Assembly: GCF_037042905.1 (NCBI RefSeq)
Contig: NC_087254.1
Location: 4,340,001 to 4,404,000 of the forward strand
Length of the DNA stretch: 64,000 nucleotides
Direction of reading: 5' to 3'
Source of the DNA: Lytechinus pictus
Taxonomy: Eukaryota
The notes beneath the pieces were generated by a model. That model saw nothing but the letters and a program-made list of their open reading frames with translations, searched no databases and was not told the origin of the DNA. Each line of letters begins with the position of its first letter. Within the stretch, counting starts at the first letter, position 1. The translations under genes were made by a program, and so were the position numbers. Positions 11,095 to 24,297 of the stretch are shown one piece after another.

Positions 11095-12085
11095 ATAAAT
11101 GCAATCAGTGAAGAAAACTGATTGCAAGTCCTACCGTGTGTTGCAAGAAACTTATGTTCAGCTCCGAATCCAGCATGTGTCACCGAAGTCAAGCGTAAAT
11201 CCTGCGATTAAACGCAAATTTGTAGATTCACTTTATTCTTTAATCGCAGCAGGATGTGTGATTAAACGTAAGTTAATTGTAAAGTCCATTTAGCATGATT
11301 AGAACTTTGTATTCTTGAAATAATGTTTCCGAAGTTTTCACACAGTTCCTAGAACAAGCCTAAATCCAGAACTCTTAATTTGGAGAATTTGTTTGTGTCT
11401 TTTTTTCATCATGCTCATCGGGTCCTTTAGGATGTAAATGTAATGTATGTGGTTGTTAAGCTATTGAATATGACAATGTACCGACCCGCAATCTTGTCCT
11501 CATGATCTCATCATTAGTCATGACTTAGAATGATCAATTGCCTTGATCTGTGGAAAGAACTTTAAGAACATCTGAATTGCTAAAGGGTGAGCCCAAAGCT
11601 GCAGTTCTTTCCCAGTGCGTTGACAAAATATTTAAGTGATATATCTGTAAAACACTAAGAGAGGCCGACCAGTTGTAATTGATCTGATCAATCACAACTA
11701 TCAACTATGGAAATCCATCAATATCGTAATTCTCTGTAAATGGCTTAGAGATGTCGACCAGGGTCCGTCTTACAAAGAGTTGTAATTGATCTGATCAATC
11801 ACATTTATCAACTATGGAAATCCACCAACGTCATAATTCTCTACAAATGGCTTACTGAGGTTAGATATTAACTGACATATGCATTATATAGATGCCGGGC
11901 GTTGCTCGCTTCCAAATTTGTGATATATCAAATAAATCTCAACTCTGGAAATCCGTCAATGTCATAATTTCCCTTACCGAAAATGTACTCGAGGTCGCTC
12001 TGGATATAAAAAGGAACACAAAGATTGTCAGTGCGCATGGGCACATCATAGTTAGATATGAAATGATTATGCATTATACATTCTA

Positions 12086-12785
12086 AACAAGTGGAACGCC
12101 TCTGGCAGTCTCGCCTGCTTTACGCAATTCGATATAGCAGCAGTGCTTCCTTTGAAAAACAACTAATGAATAATTATTCACACAAGAAAATACTAATATG
12201 ATAATAAAATATTATGTCCATTGACCCAAAATGACCTTTGACCATGATCATGTGACCTAAGACATGTGCAAAATACTTGATTACCCTTATGTCGATGTTT
12301 CATGAGCAAGTACAATAACGTCCTAAGTTATAATGCCAATTCAACACATACTCCCAACACGGCCAGAGTTCATTGACCTTTAAATGACCTTTGATCTTGG
12401 CCATGTTCCTGAAACGCACACAGGGTATTCAGGGATACATTGCTGCTCTTATATCCAAGTTTCATGAACTAAATCCACAGACTTTTAAAGTTATGATGAC
12501 AATTCCAAAAATACCCCTAACATTACCAAAGTTGGCTGACCCTAAATGAACTTTGACCTTGATCATGTGACCTGAATCTAGCACAGGGTGTTCAAGGATA
12601 CTTGATTGCTCTTATGTCCAAGTTTCATGAACTAGATCCATAAAATTTCAAAGTTATGACAATTCCTCAAATAACCCCAACATGGCCAAAGTTTGTTGAC
12701 CCTAAGTGACCTTTGATCTTAATCATGTGACGTGAAACTCAGACAGGATCTTCAGTGATACACTATCACCCTTATGGCCAAAGTG
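12086..12785 (+). mobile_element. Helentron-associated (HINE-like) non-autonomous element
   Basis: Starts AACAAGTGGAACGCCTCTGGCAGTCTC; internal tandem ~170-bp modules with TGACCTTTGACC motifs; second copy at 63736-64000. Confidence 0.6.
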
Positions 12786-12921
12786 CCCATTTTGACGTGT
12801 AAGTTTCATTTTTGGCTTTTCCCCCAAACAAAAATTCGTTCGGCAGCCCTTGCCTTCCCATCCTCATAACAATTGAACAGCAACGGTGTCCCCCCCCCCC
12901 TTGCCTCTGCCTCTGCTTTCC

Positions 12922-13419
12922 CGGTTTTCATTTTCGGATTAACGAACCTTCGGAATAAAGAACCTTATTTTGTTTTCGGATTAACGAGCCTTCGAAATAA
13001 AGAACCTTATTTGTTTTCGGATTAACGAACCTTCGGAATAACGAATCTTATTTTGTTTTCGGATTAACAAACCTTCGGAACAACGAACCTTATTTCGTTT
13101 TCGGATTAACGAACCTTCGGAACAACGAACCTTATTTCGTTTTCGGATTAACGAACCTTCGAAACAGCGAACCTTATTTCGTTTTCTGATTAACGAACCT
13201 TCGGAACAACGAACCTTATTTCGTTTTCGGATTATCGAACCTTCGGAATAACGAACCCTGTGTTGTTTTCGGACTTACGAACCTTCGGAATAACGCCACA
13301 AATGTTCGGATTAACGAACCCTTTTTCGTTTTCGGATTAACGAACATCGAGGTCAGAATTACCCTTCGGAATAAAGAACCTTCGGAATTACGAACCTTCG
13401 GATTTACGAAGTGTAACCG
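12922..13419. repeat. Minisatellite array (TTTTCGGATTAACGAACCTTCGGAAYAACGAACCTTAT)n, probably the interior of a TE
   Basis: About 12 near-identical ~39-42 bp units ending GTGTAACCG; a degenerate relative lies at ~38030-38400. Confidence 0.85.
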
Positions 13420-13641
13420 TACCTTTGCCATTATTTGCCATTATGGCAACCACCATAGTAACCTTGATTCTGATTGGCTGCTGAGCCCTGTTACCATGGT
13501 AGTTGCCATTATGGCAAGGTTAAAACAGTAACAAGTCCTTTATGAAACGGGCCCCTGCATGGTCACGGGCTAAAGCCGTGACACCGCGAGCGTTCCCCAC
13601 GGTAGGCACTCATATTGCTGCGTAATAATTTAACGCTCATC

Positions 13642-13783
13642 TGGGGCCCGTTTCATAAAGAGTTACAACTGTTGTAACTACCATGGCAACAGGGCTCAGC
13701 AGCCAATCAGAATCAAGGTGACCATGGTAGTTGCCATAATGGCAAATTTTCAACAGTTGCATCTCTTTATGAAACGGGCCCCA
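13642..13783. mobile_element. Harbinger-like MITE carrying a CCAAT box (family also at ~13420-13555, 34560-34672, 41958-42230, 45076-45255, 45950-46108, 57100-57225)
   Basis: TIR GGGCCCGTTTCATAAAG...CTTTATGAAACGGGCCC; internal AGCCAATCAGAAT in several copies. Confidence 0.65.
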
Positions 13784-13984
13784 GATTGCTATAGTAGTCC
13801 ACTGGGCCGGCACTAGTTGGTGCCAGTTGGTTCGCGGCAATGCAATGTGGCGCCCGGTGTCGCCAATAAGGTGTATAGTGGCGTGCAGTGGCTCAAACTA
13901 CCTCCCAATTTGGCGCAACGAGAATGTTTGAAATTTTCGTTACGCAAAATTCAATTTTTGGAGCCGTTAAGCCCTGTTACAACC

Positions 13985-14168
13985 GATAATGTCGCACCAA
14001 CGCATAATGTCGCAGATTGCGACATTATGCCAAGAGCGTCCGACGCATAATGTCGCAGTCAACGCATAATGTCGTAGTTTAACGCATAACGTCACATGTC
14101 GCAACGCATAATGTCGCAGCAAATTGTCAACGCATAACGCCACATGTCGCAACGCATAATGTCACAGC
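13985..14168. repeat. Minisatellite (CAACGCATAATGTCG)n
   Basis: About 8 imperfect tandem copies. Confidence 0.8.
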
Positions 14169-14559
14169 GGTATTTTCTTCGCGACTCGAGCTACAGATAA
14201 GATATAAAATATGCTTTCACTAAGTATTTTGAGACAGGAGAAAGAGAATTAAGTGATTTGGAAATCAGGATCACTCTTTGTATGGATATTTATCGGTTTT
14301 GCCATTTCGTCTACTGCCTTTTTCCCCACTATCGCATGGTCTGATATCATTTCGTCTACCATTAGTTAGTCAACTATCAACAAAGTCCAATAACCATTTC
14401 GTCTAATTACCATCTCGTCTAATAGCCAGTTGGTCTAATAGCCGTTTTGTTTATTAACATTTAGAAAAATGTATGATCCCAATTTTATTACCTAATAGTC
14501 ACAGATGCAATGATATACCCAAGCAGATATCAGTCTGCATGCACAAGCGCAGCCCTGAT

Positions 14560-15138
14560 TAGCCTCTTGTCGAGGCCTTGTCGGCTGCTTTCCGAGCGAA
14601 CATGGCAAAGCAAGGGAGAGAGCGAAGCAGAGCGCCGCGAGACAGGGCCTCTGGACATCTGACCCGAATTTCACCGACTTTCTTTTGTTTTTTATTGTTT
14701 TTACCAATTCACCGACCAAAAACTGGTCGGTGAAAATCATCCAATGAAAGCGCGGGCTGCTATGACGTCATATTGAATATTCATGAGCTCATCTTGCATG
14801 GCGACCCGTTGATTCTTGGCGAAGAATGACGACGAAATATCAAAGAGCATTGAATATGCCTCTAAAATGCTGAATATTGACCGATTTAAGGATTTGCAAG
14901 TCGATAAAATTAACTCTGCACTGAAAGGACGAGATGATTTTGTAAATCTACCCACAGGATATGGAAAAAATGTTATCTTTCATGCGATTCCACCGGTCGA
15001 ACCGGGGCGTCGATTATCGATCTCCGCTGTGCAGTGCAGTGAGGGAAGCTGGGGTGGAGTTGCTGGGAGTTGACTCGAGTCTGACCAGCAGCAGTATCTC
15101 CCGGGAAGTTTCGGGGCGGTGATGGGTCTGTTACGGCC

Positions 15139-15172
<34 letters not shown>

Positions 15173-15486
15173 CCACTACTTGTATAGCATTTTGCAGGTT
15201 ATATCCCCTTTAGTGTCCCGCAATTAAATGAATCCCCTGCAGAATAATGGACTACTATACTATATAGTATTCCGAACCCAAAACGAAACAGCTCTGACAT
15301 TTCATTGGTTTACTCGGTGACCAGTAATATCATGACTCATGTATATTCATTAGGAAGACGTTCCTCATGAATATATAATTCAGTTCAGATGTCAAGAGGC
15401 CCTGGCTCGCGCCTAATTCGCTTCGCGAATTAGGGAATCCCTCGCTTCGCTCGGGAAGCAGCCGCCAGGGCCTCGACAAGAGGCTA
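14560..15486 (+). mobile_element. Internally deleted AcademH-type DNA transposon
   Basis: TIR TAGCCTCTTGTCGAGGCC / GGCCTCGACAAGAGGCTA; exact 9-bp TSD AGCCCTGAT (14551-14559, 15487-15495); internal RecQ-like helicase fragment. Confidence 0.85.
14798..14995 (+). pseudogene. RecQ-like SF2 helicase N-terminal remnant (motif 0 and Walker A)
   Basis: MATR*FLAK...FKDLQVDKINSALKGRDDFVNLPTGYGKN; in-frame TGA at codon 5; similarity stops after motif I. Confidence 0.75.
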
Positions 15487-16369
15487 AGCCCTGATCGAAA
15501 CTTTCATCAACGAGTGGGTGTATATACACACATACACCTTGCTGTTCAATTTCGATTGATCTTCTGTACACAAGTCTTTGGCAGGGACTGTAGGCCTAAT
15601 ATTCAGACCCCTTTCCTCAGAAGGGTTTGCACAGCAAACTGAAAGGATGATAATGTATGGTTAAAATCTGTACGTATGATTGCACGTTATTTTGTGCTAT
15701 GTATTTCATGTTTTATGATATATTTCAATTAGCAACTGTCAATTTTAACCAGTAATTTGTGTGTCTGCACACCATCGATCAGCGCTGAATAAAAATGAAT
15801 ATATACAGCCCATATGTAGGCCTATATCATTATTATCTATGATTGTGTTGCCTAATTGGCTCTTGATTTACTCAGTTTTAGCATTAAAAAAGCACGAAGA
15901 AAAATGAGGTCGAGATCAAATTATTATTATTATGCATTGAAAATAATTCGGGATGGGATTAAATGAGGTAGAGATGGTGTGTGTGGGGGTGCGTGAGGGT
16001 GGTAGGGTGTGTGTGTGTGTGAGGGTGTGTGTGTGTGTGTGTACGGTACAAATGTGTATGTGCGTGTGCCTAAATGCGAGGATACGAGATATGTTATTTT
16101 ACAATCCATGTCATTATTTTTCCTATACCTGATTATGGTTCGTGTTTATAGGCCTATTATGCATTTAAAAATATGAAATGAGAAATGAGGGGTGTTAAAT
16201 TGTTTAATTTTTGAAATGTTTAATTGCAACCTTTTTGCTTGTTTGTTTTGAAGGAATCGAATAAAATAGTTAATTCGGTGTGTTTTGAATGAACTAAACA
16301 AAGAGAAAGGACAAGTAGGCTATACATCCCCAAAAGTTAATTTAAATAAAAAGGAAAAAATAAAAAAGG

Positions 16370-16822
16370 CACAGCACTGAAACTTTCATAAAAATCTGAT
16401 ACAAAATATAAAAAAACTCATGACATCTTAAAGTTTCACTCAATTTTACAAAACAGTTATATGTACATTCTGGTCGGTATGCAAATGAGGGGATTGATGA
16501 CCTCACTGTCATTGTCCAGTGAAACAGAGTATTAATAAAAATAATAATAACGTTTTATTTACCCAGGGTAGCCACTTCAATCATAAGACTGCTCTTCCAG
16601 CGGGCCCTGCATAACATAATATGTTATTATTACCCTTCTCCAGTCTAAATGCTGAACGCCAAGCAAGAAGGCAGAAGGTCCCATTTTTATAAGTCTTTAA
16701 ACTTTAAACTGTCATAACTTTCTGATTTTACATCCTATTCCAATGAAATTTTCAGCGTTATGCTTTTTTATGTTTCTGTTTGATCCAAATTAAGATTTTC
16801 CAGGGGTGGACTTGACCTTTAA
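16370..16822. mobile_element. Kolobok-like element interrupted by a reverse-oriented SINE fragment (~16545-16700)
   Basis: Ends GGGGTGGACTTGACCT+TTAA. The insert reads on the minus strand AAAGACTTATAAAAATGGGACC...CTTGCTTGGCGTTCAGC with an AT-rich tail, resembling a MetaSINE-type central domain. Confidence 0.5.
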
Positions 16823-18175
16823 TTATTCGATATATGGTGAGGTTACTGCATCGATTAAGGAAGAAGATCATGTCATCAGTAGACATCATTCTAAAATGTC
16901 ATAATTTTCGTTAATATGTCAGACCAAAATAGAAAAGAGAATGTGAAAAATAGCGAGAACTCTAACCTATCAACTCGTATTAATGAACAGATATATATCC
17001 AAAAACACATTCGTAATTAAAGCATTCCCTTTTCAGTGTATTGCTGTAATCTCCGAGTTTATAAAAATTACTATTACCATCATACCTTAATGAAAGTGTA
17101 CTTCTGTGGTTTTGTTATTCTCTTTGGGAATAACAACTCAGTTACCAAAGTAATAATCCTTTCCACTATTTTATTTTGTGTGTAGTCACTGTAGTGCTTT
17201 ATTTCGTTCAGAATATCATTATCAATATCAAGGCAGAAATAAATATTTCGTATTTGTTTCAGGATTTAGGAGTTTATTACACCAACAAAGACAAAACTCA
17301 GAACAAATTTTGAAGAAAAAGAAGTAACTATATCGCAATAATTAAGACAAATAAACTTTACAAGATTCCTTTTCTGCTTTGCAGATACACAAACACAATT
17401 TACATAATTTGATATATGAATTATGGAATAAATCTTATAATTGTTTGAAGCTGACAGGCATGGAAATAAAGGGATTTTATTGAAAACAAAACAACAGCAA
17501 AACAAAACATGGAGCGTGAATATTCCTAATAATAGTATTAGCCCCAACATTTTGGTATTCCGATTTCCTATTTTGCGCAATTAATGATATTGGTCTAAGA
17601 TAAACATGATAGATGTTGCTTGTTTGGACACGACTGCAGATAATCGATAATTATCCCGGTTACCAAGACCAAACAAACTATAGTATATAAAGTTTACCCG
17701 CCAATCCAACCTCAAGCAGAATTATGAGTACCCCATGACCAAGTATAATGTGTAAACCTGATGTGATAGTGAATTTTTTGCACTGCGACTATGAACGGAT
17801 TCAAGAACATAGAAAATGTAGGTCTATTGTCAAATGCCCTTCGTAACAAAGAGCAACCAAGAAGTCTTTGTAGACAATAAATTGGTGAATCAAAACAGCA
17901 GTTTCGCCCTGGACTCTGGGCAAGTGACATATTTGCAATTTACGTCAGCTCCGAAACATACGACGAAACTGCTATTTTGGTTCAGCATTTTCGACAAAGA
18001 CCTACCAGCGTTTTTTTTTTTTGTTACTAAACGGGCATTTTCTAAACGTTAACCATTTTTTATTCAATCAGTTCTGCGTCGCAGGACAAAAACTCTCTAC
18101 TACGACTTACCCATGAAGACTTGCAAACAATCAAATTACATTTTATGATTGTAAAAACGACGACCTTGCTGTGAA

Positions 18176-18390
18176 CACTCTTCAAACAAATCAGTGACAT
18201 TGCCTATAGATCAGTAGTCAGCTGGGTGCAACAACTGATATGTCTATTCACATTTCTGACGTATACTCTTGTCAGAAATAACTCTGTTCTAGTAAGATAC
18301 GACTAGAAAATAGTCAAATCTGACTAGAGTAACAGTTGCACCCAGCTGACCCGATTTATTAGTCATTTTGACTGATTTGTTTTGAGAGTG
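18176..18390. mobile_element. CACTA/EnSpm-like MITE
   Basis: TIR CACTCTTCAAACAAATCAGT / ACTGATTTGTTTTGAGAGTG; 2-bp TSD AA. Confidence 0.7.
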
Positions 18391-19062
18391 AAGGAAGTCC
18401 CATGAAACCATGCAGCCACCATCTTGAACTTGAGCTGCGAAATTTTGATTCGTCACGAGGTCAGAAATAAATTCGATGTAAATATATACATAAAGGCACC
18501 GAATGGAATAGTGTTGACACTGGCAGCAATTCTATTTTACGATTTGGGGATTTCCATAATCGTGGTAATAAAGTGACGTAAAATTTTGGACCACAAAACT
18601 AACACTTGTGTGTTGTCGTGCCTGAAATTGGATTAAGAAGACTGTTGGCGGGGTGTCTGCACTAGCTGGCCTTGTGATATATCTTTTAACTAGCTACGTA
18701 GTTTATATGAAGGATGTCGGCTATTATTCTTGTCATTTCTATATAAGAAAATAGCGGTAAATGAAACATTCTAGATATTTCGAAACGGCCTTATTTAATA
18801 TGCATCACGAAACGTGAAATAGCACGATAACAATAAAAAAATGTAATTTCAATGAAGGGTGCATGTTGCTATCCTTCATTGCCATATGTTTAACAGATTA
18901 TTCCAATAAATGACACATTTTAAGTGTTTTGAAATTGTTTTACTTCTATATGGATCAGGGGCGGATCCAGTTTTCGCCAATAAGAGGGGGGCGGAAAATA
19001 TTTTCATTCACATTTTCCCAGATCAACCGCTAAAAGCTGATTTTTAAATGGTTACTTTGTAG

Positions 19063-19210
19063 CAGGGGCCGCGGAACCGGGGGGGGGGGCTGGGGGGGCT
19101 TCAGCCCCCCCATTTTTTTCCAAAACCGTGTACAAAAACGTAAAAATTACCATATGATTGTGATTTTTAGCATAGTACCCCCCACTTTGAAAACCGTTCC
19201 GCGGCCCCTG
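19063..19210. mobile_element. Poly-G MITE nested in a CAGGGGCGGATCC element
   Basis: TIR CAGGGGCCGCGGAAC / GTTCCGCGGCCCCTG; 5-bp TSD TGTAG. Confidence 0.65.
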
Positions 19211-20844
19211 TGTAGGGAGAGTCCTAACAGCTACTTCGTATGTAGCTTTATTGTTTTAGACGAGATAATTGTTGTATCTCATAAGCCACAATTGAATAAT
19301 ACGAGTGCGAAGCGCGAGCTCATTTTTTTCCTCATATAATTCATGAACATGTATTTTATCCTGAAAATTGAATACTCTGAGCAAAGTGTGTGGTAGTAAC
19401 AGTCAGGCTCCTGTGATTCTCAGCAAAACCAAAGGAAAGTTCTCGGGTAGAAGACAAATTATTGTTGGTGAAATGCCTTCCTGATATCATCACCCTCTCC
19501 TAAGCCTTCTCTAATCATCGCATTCTCACCTGAGGAATGATCCTCCCTCTCCTCCTCTCTCTCTCTCTCTTTTTCACATTCCCCTCCCTCACACCCTCAC
19601 CCACAATTTTTGTTTTCTTATTAAGGATTTCATCCAAAATCGATTACATAAACTTAAGTATAAATTAGTAACTATCACACTCGCACAAGCACTCTCGCAC
19701 ACACACACACAAACCCTCAAATTCTGGAATGCACACCCTCTCACTCACATCCACAGATCCCACACGAGCTCACACGAGCATAATTACGATAATCAACACG
19801 CTATTTCCATGGAACATGACTAACCAATTCAAATAAAACATCAAAGTAATAACAGTGGTAATCTTCTTTTTCTTGATTTAATTCAGTAGGTCTCCATATC
19901 GAACCAATGTGTTTGGATGATTTATGATTATCATCGAGCTAAGTGATTATCATCGAGCTAAGTGATTCTTAAATAGCTAATACCAATAGTCCCATAGCAA
20001 TAATTTTAATAAAATTAATCCAATCATGATAGCAAAGAGTTAACCCTAAAAGGACTGGGCTATTTGAGATAGGACGGGGGGGGGGGGGCATGATGGCCCC
20101 CCTTCTGATCTCGGCTGCCGTTCGCGCCGAAATTTGGCACGCACATTCTTTACCACCTAAACTACAAGCCAGTATTTTTTTTTCATCTTTGTAATCAACT
20201 TTAAAGGTTTCCACAAAGAAAAATTGCAAAAGTCAATTTTTTTCCTGTTTCTATAATTTTTTTTCATTTATGTATTTCCTTGTTGTTTCATCTTTTTTTA
20301 AGGGTTAAACCAAAAGTATACGCGGATTAGTCTAACCTCAGCTAAAGACCCCTTTTTTCAATATTATTTCTGACATCTTGATCCAACAAACATGACAATG
20401 AAAGTGGAGGCACTCCCGAGATCGACAAAGTTGCGTGTTGACGTTAATTTTGGATGTGGATACACACTACCCCCTCATAATATCACACACTTATCCACAA
20501 TTAATTCAGATGGAAAACAACACCTATAAGGTGCAAATGTATACATTAGGAATTTTTTTTTTCACCTTTAAGGGCACAGTTCATTACATTTTGCCTATTT
20601 TTCCTATTAGGGTGCAGAATTGATGACGGCTATATACAAGATTTCAAGTTTGCAAAGGAAATTTCTGATCGTAGTTAGGGACAGGGCCGTCTGTCCGAGT
20701 ATTTGAATGCTGGGTGATCGTAATAGCGGACTACGGGCCTGGTACAGACCAAAAAAATAAAAAATAAATAATGAGTTACTGAAAACGGTATTAATTGTCT
20801 TCAAAAATCCTGTCTAAACATGCTAAAGCTTTGGTATATTCAAG

Positions 20845-21766
20845 CAGTGGCGGATCCAGGGGGGGGGGGTTGCACATCCAATCCGTGCCTCCCCCATGGC
20901 CCTGGGAAGCGGGGGTGCTGAAGTGCTGAAGCACCCCCAAGATTTTCCTAGGGAGTGCTGCGTGTATTATTCTCCATAGGCGACACCCCCTTGAAATCTG
21001 GCAGGTGTGACAAAAATGATAAATGTAACCAAAATGACCTTAAGTGAGATCCCTTTTTTTTTTATTGCTTGTCCAATTTTTCGGGATCAAAATGACCTTC
21101 ATTTCTTAGTAAAACTTTTGTTTTCTTGTCAAATTTATCGGGACCAAAATGACCTAGATTTCTTAGTGATACCCTTTTTTACATCAGCACCCTCAGTAAA
21201 AAAAAATTGTTCCCAGGGCCCCGGTGTCCCCCCCCCCCCCCGCCGTTTAGAGCCATAGGCCCGTATTCTGAAGTCAGTTTTAACTTAGACTCAGGTTTAA
21301 AGTTGTGGTTTATGTATGGGAAGCCAAAAGTATCATTCTTTTTTATTAACTTATACGTTTCTTATGTTTACTGTGCTCTTTCCTGATTCATCGATAGTGA
21401 AGACAATAATCTATATATATTTCCTAAACAATTATGAATGATTTGAGAGCCAAATGAGCTGAAATATGATATCTCTACCGTTAGTGACTTATGTAACAAT
21501 TAGCTGTCCATACTTACACCACAACTTTACACCTGAGTTTAAGTTAAACCCGACTTCAGAATACGGGCCACAGTCAATATTTTTCAATGTAAATGTGCCG
21601 TTTTTACACAAGTATGCCCCCCCCTTTGAAATTTAAAACATATATTGTTCATGGCAATGTCGTTCAGACCCAAGTGATTACCTTTTGGGGTGGGGGGGGG
21701 GGGGGCTTGTCAAATTTTCCTTGGGAAAATGTAACCCCTTTTTTGAAAATCCTGGATCCGCCCCTG
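20845..21766. mobile_element. CAGTGGCGGATCC MITE with two nested MITEs (~20898-21220 and 21258-21569)
   Basis: TIR CAGTGGCGGATCCAGG / CCTGGATCCGCCCCTG; 7-bp TSD ATTCAAG; inner TIRs GGCCCTGGGAA and GGCCCGTATTCTGAAGTC. Confidence 0.75.
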
Positions 21767-23484
21767 ATTCAAGTGTCCTTAAGAAGATGAAATAATAACA
21801 GATTTGGCTTTTTGAGTGATTAATTTATATATTTTTTCGTCATTTATTTTTTTTCTTCTATTTTTTCCCTCTGTAAGTATGTACCTGGTCCGAATTAAAT
21901 GAGAGTGAGCTGCAACACTGTGGTCTCTCGTTGACTGTGTGTTATGAGTAGCTAGTCTGAAAGTATACCCTTTAAAATAAGAAAAAATAAAAATATAAAA
22001 AATAAATAAAAAAGAAAAATAATAGTACAGAACAGAAAATCACCTCATATTTTATTTGTAAAGAGAAAGTAAAAGTTATTGAGTGGAAAAGTAACTGCTT
22101 TGCTACTTTTTATCGTAATAATTGCAGTATGAAAATATTGAGAAGATTAGTGATCATGCAAATATGCATAATTAACAAGACATTGCTTAAAACGTTGCCT
22201 TGTGGGTTTAGAAACCGGTTACTTAAAGAGAAATAACAGAGGCCTATATAATCGTATCAGAAATCCTCACAAAAACTACTTATTTATGTTAAAGATGCAG
22301 TTCACGGTGAAGAGTACTTGATACCTTCTTGCATGCAAGTTATCTGTGTGTGATTAATCCTTTGACGTATTTTTCATTGCGGTGGCTTTATGCGCTCACA
22401 AATGCTACAATAACCTACTAGTCAACAATCAATAAACTGGTTTTCACACTTGTTATTTATCAATTCATCTGTATAATGTAAGTAAGCGATCATTTCTTGA
22501 TCCTGGTAGCGAATTCAATGACAATAAAGATAAGAAAATTAATTTGAAGAAGAAATAATTTATTTGCATTAGTGAATGATTATGAATATCACCGTCACCA
22601 GATTTGTACATGAAATATACCGATGTTTTTTTAATTTCTATTGAGCTGCCAGAGCATCGGATTACATCAAGCGTTCTTAAATTTTAGTTATTTATTTATT
22701 GGTTTTCTTTATTTTATACTGCAGGGTAGGCCTGTTCAGTTATGCAAAACGGCTCTCCAAAGGCACCCTGGATTAAATATTAAGCTTCACCCTGCTGACG
22801 TCACAATAAAGAGCATTGACTCAAAACTTGTAAAATAGCAGATTGAAATATATAACAATATACAATCTTTTTATTTGAGAGTTTGTTTTTATAGACTGAT
22901 ATACATTTCTCTATGAGTATTAATTTGAATTAATCTACAATGGTCTCAGCTGTGGTCTTGACAATCCAACAAAACAGATATGACCTATCGAAAACCTATA
23001 ATCAAAACTGCAGAAACCTTTTCAAGTGTCACTCGCGACTATGGATTTTGAACAAAATTCAACAAACCATGAGCCAATTTTCAGTCTCTCTTAAAGTTGC
23101 CTAATTGGGTTCAATCACAAAACATGCACAGACATTATTTTACACGTTATTTCGCAGGGCCAGTCATGCACACACCCCACCCACAAGCTTCTTCCTCCAA
23201 TTTCAAGCACGACATCACACAAGTGTTAGTTTCCTGGTTATCTGCCAGTGAACATTAACAACCTAACATTAATGTTTTATAAATCACCGCGATTACACGA
23301 ATTCCAAATCGTAAAATAGAATTGGCGGCAATATCAACACTAGGCCTATTTCATTTAATATCGATATCATTTCGATGACGCAACATTTGCTCCTGCGACA
23401 TTTGCTCAGGGGTTTATTTCGTCTTAGATTGGGGGTTAGGGACATGCTTCGTGACGCATCAGAATCTAACGACTAAAGTTCAAG

Positions 23485-23577
23485 ATGGTGGCTGGTTTCA
23501 CAGAACGCATCGTTCACCGCAGGGTAATCGTCCTTACAATCATAACATGGAATCTGATATTTTGCAAGTCTTCAATG
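23485..23577 (+). CDS. Fibrinogen-related (FReD) secreted lectin, exon 1 (signal peptide)
   Basis: Kozak CAAGATGG; MVAGFTERIVHRRVIVLTIITWNLIFCKSSM; donor ATG|GTAAGT, phase 0, matching the next exon. Too short to appear in the ORF track. Confidence 0.6.
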
Positions 23578-23589
23578 GTAAGTCATGAT

Positions 23590-24297
23590 GATATTCGGGA
23601 GTATTCGCTCAGCGCGACCTACAGAGACTTCAAGAACACAGTAGCCTAAATTTATTGAGAATACCCCCGTCTTCAAATGACAATGAACAGCTGGGAGGCT
23701 TTTGTCGAAAATTGGTTAACCGGAAGGGCAGTATTGTCCTTAGTTTCGGAGCTGACCAAAAATTGTAAATATATCGTTTGTCCAGAGTCGAGGACCAAAC
23801 TGCTGCGTTGATTCATCAATTTTCGACAAAGACTTCTTGGCTGTCTTGGTTGTGTTCTTTGTCATGAAAGAGATTTGACAGTACACTTTCTCTGTTCTTG
23901 ACTCCTTCGTACTTCGCTGTGTGAAAAATCCCAAATATAATTAATATGCCAGCTTAATTACACCTCTTGCTTGGCAATAGAGAGTTTTCGCATTTACTAC
24001 GAAGACACTCTCTCCAACGCATCGATTCCATTGAAAATGCAATTAAAATCACAGTGGAGAGCTGAGAGGCTTTTGTCGAAAGTTTGTGGACTGGGACGGT
24101 AGATCATCCGAAGATATGCACCGGACGAACAATTGCAAATATGTCATTGTCCAAAGTCAAGATATTCGGATGCTGTCCCGGTCCACCAACTTTCGACAAA
24201 AGCCTCTCAGATTTCCATTGTGATTTGACTTGCATTGTCAAAGGAATTGGTGCGTTGTAGAGATTGTCTTCGTAATAAATGCAAAAAGTCCGGAATA
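23590..24297. mobile_element. Two adjacent palindromic MITEs of one family (another copy at ~17770-18100)
   Basis: Inverted arms GAGGCTTTTGTCGAAA / TTTCGACAAAAGCCTC; 23740-23930 is homologous in reverse complement to 17780-17960. Confidence 0.55.

Larger units (their letters stand above)
9280..12085 (+). repeat. Arm A of a ~3 kb inverted segmental duplication (arm B at ~31465-34580)
   Basis: Reverse-complement homology covers the 5' flank, promoter, GPCR CDS and ~1 kb of 3' flank. Confidence 0.85.

Noticed and set aside
12922-13419. CRISPR-like array of ~40-bp repeats
   Set aside because: Units are contiguous with no unique spacers; ordinary minisatellite.
13562-13582. Hairpin GTCACGGGCTAAAGCCGTGAC resembling IS200/IS605-type end hairpins (Fanzor/TnpB idea)
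   Set aside because: No TnpB, Fanzor or TnpA coding remnant nearby; similar hairpins are common in Helitron-type fragments.
17770-23930. Inner inverted repeat suggesting one giant palindrome with the GPCR arms
   Set aside because: Both segments are members of a dispersed MITE family (third copy at ~23980-24297) and their centre differs from that of the GPCR arms.
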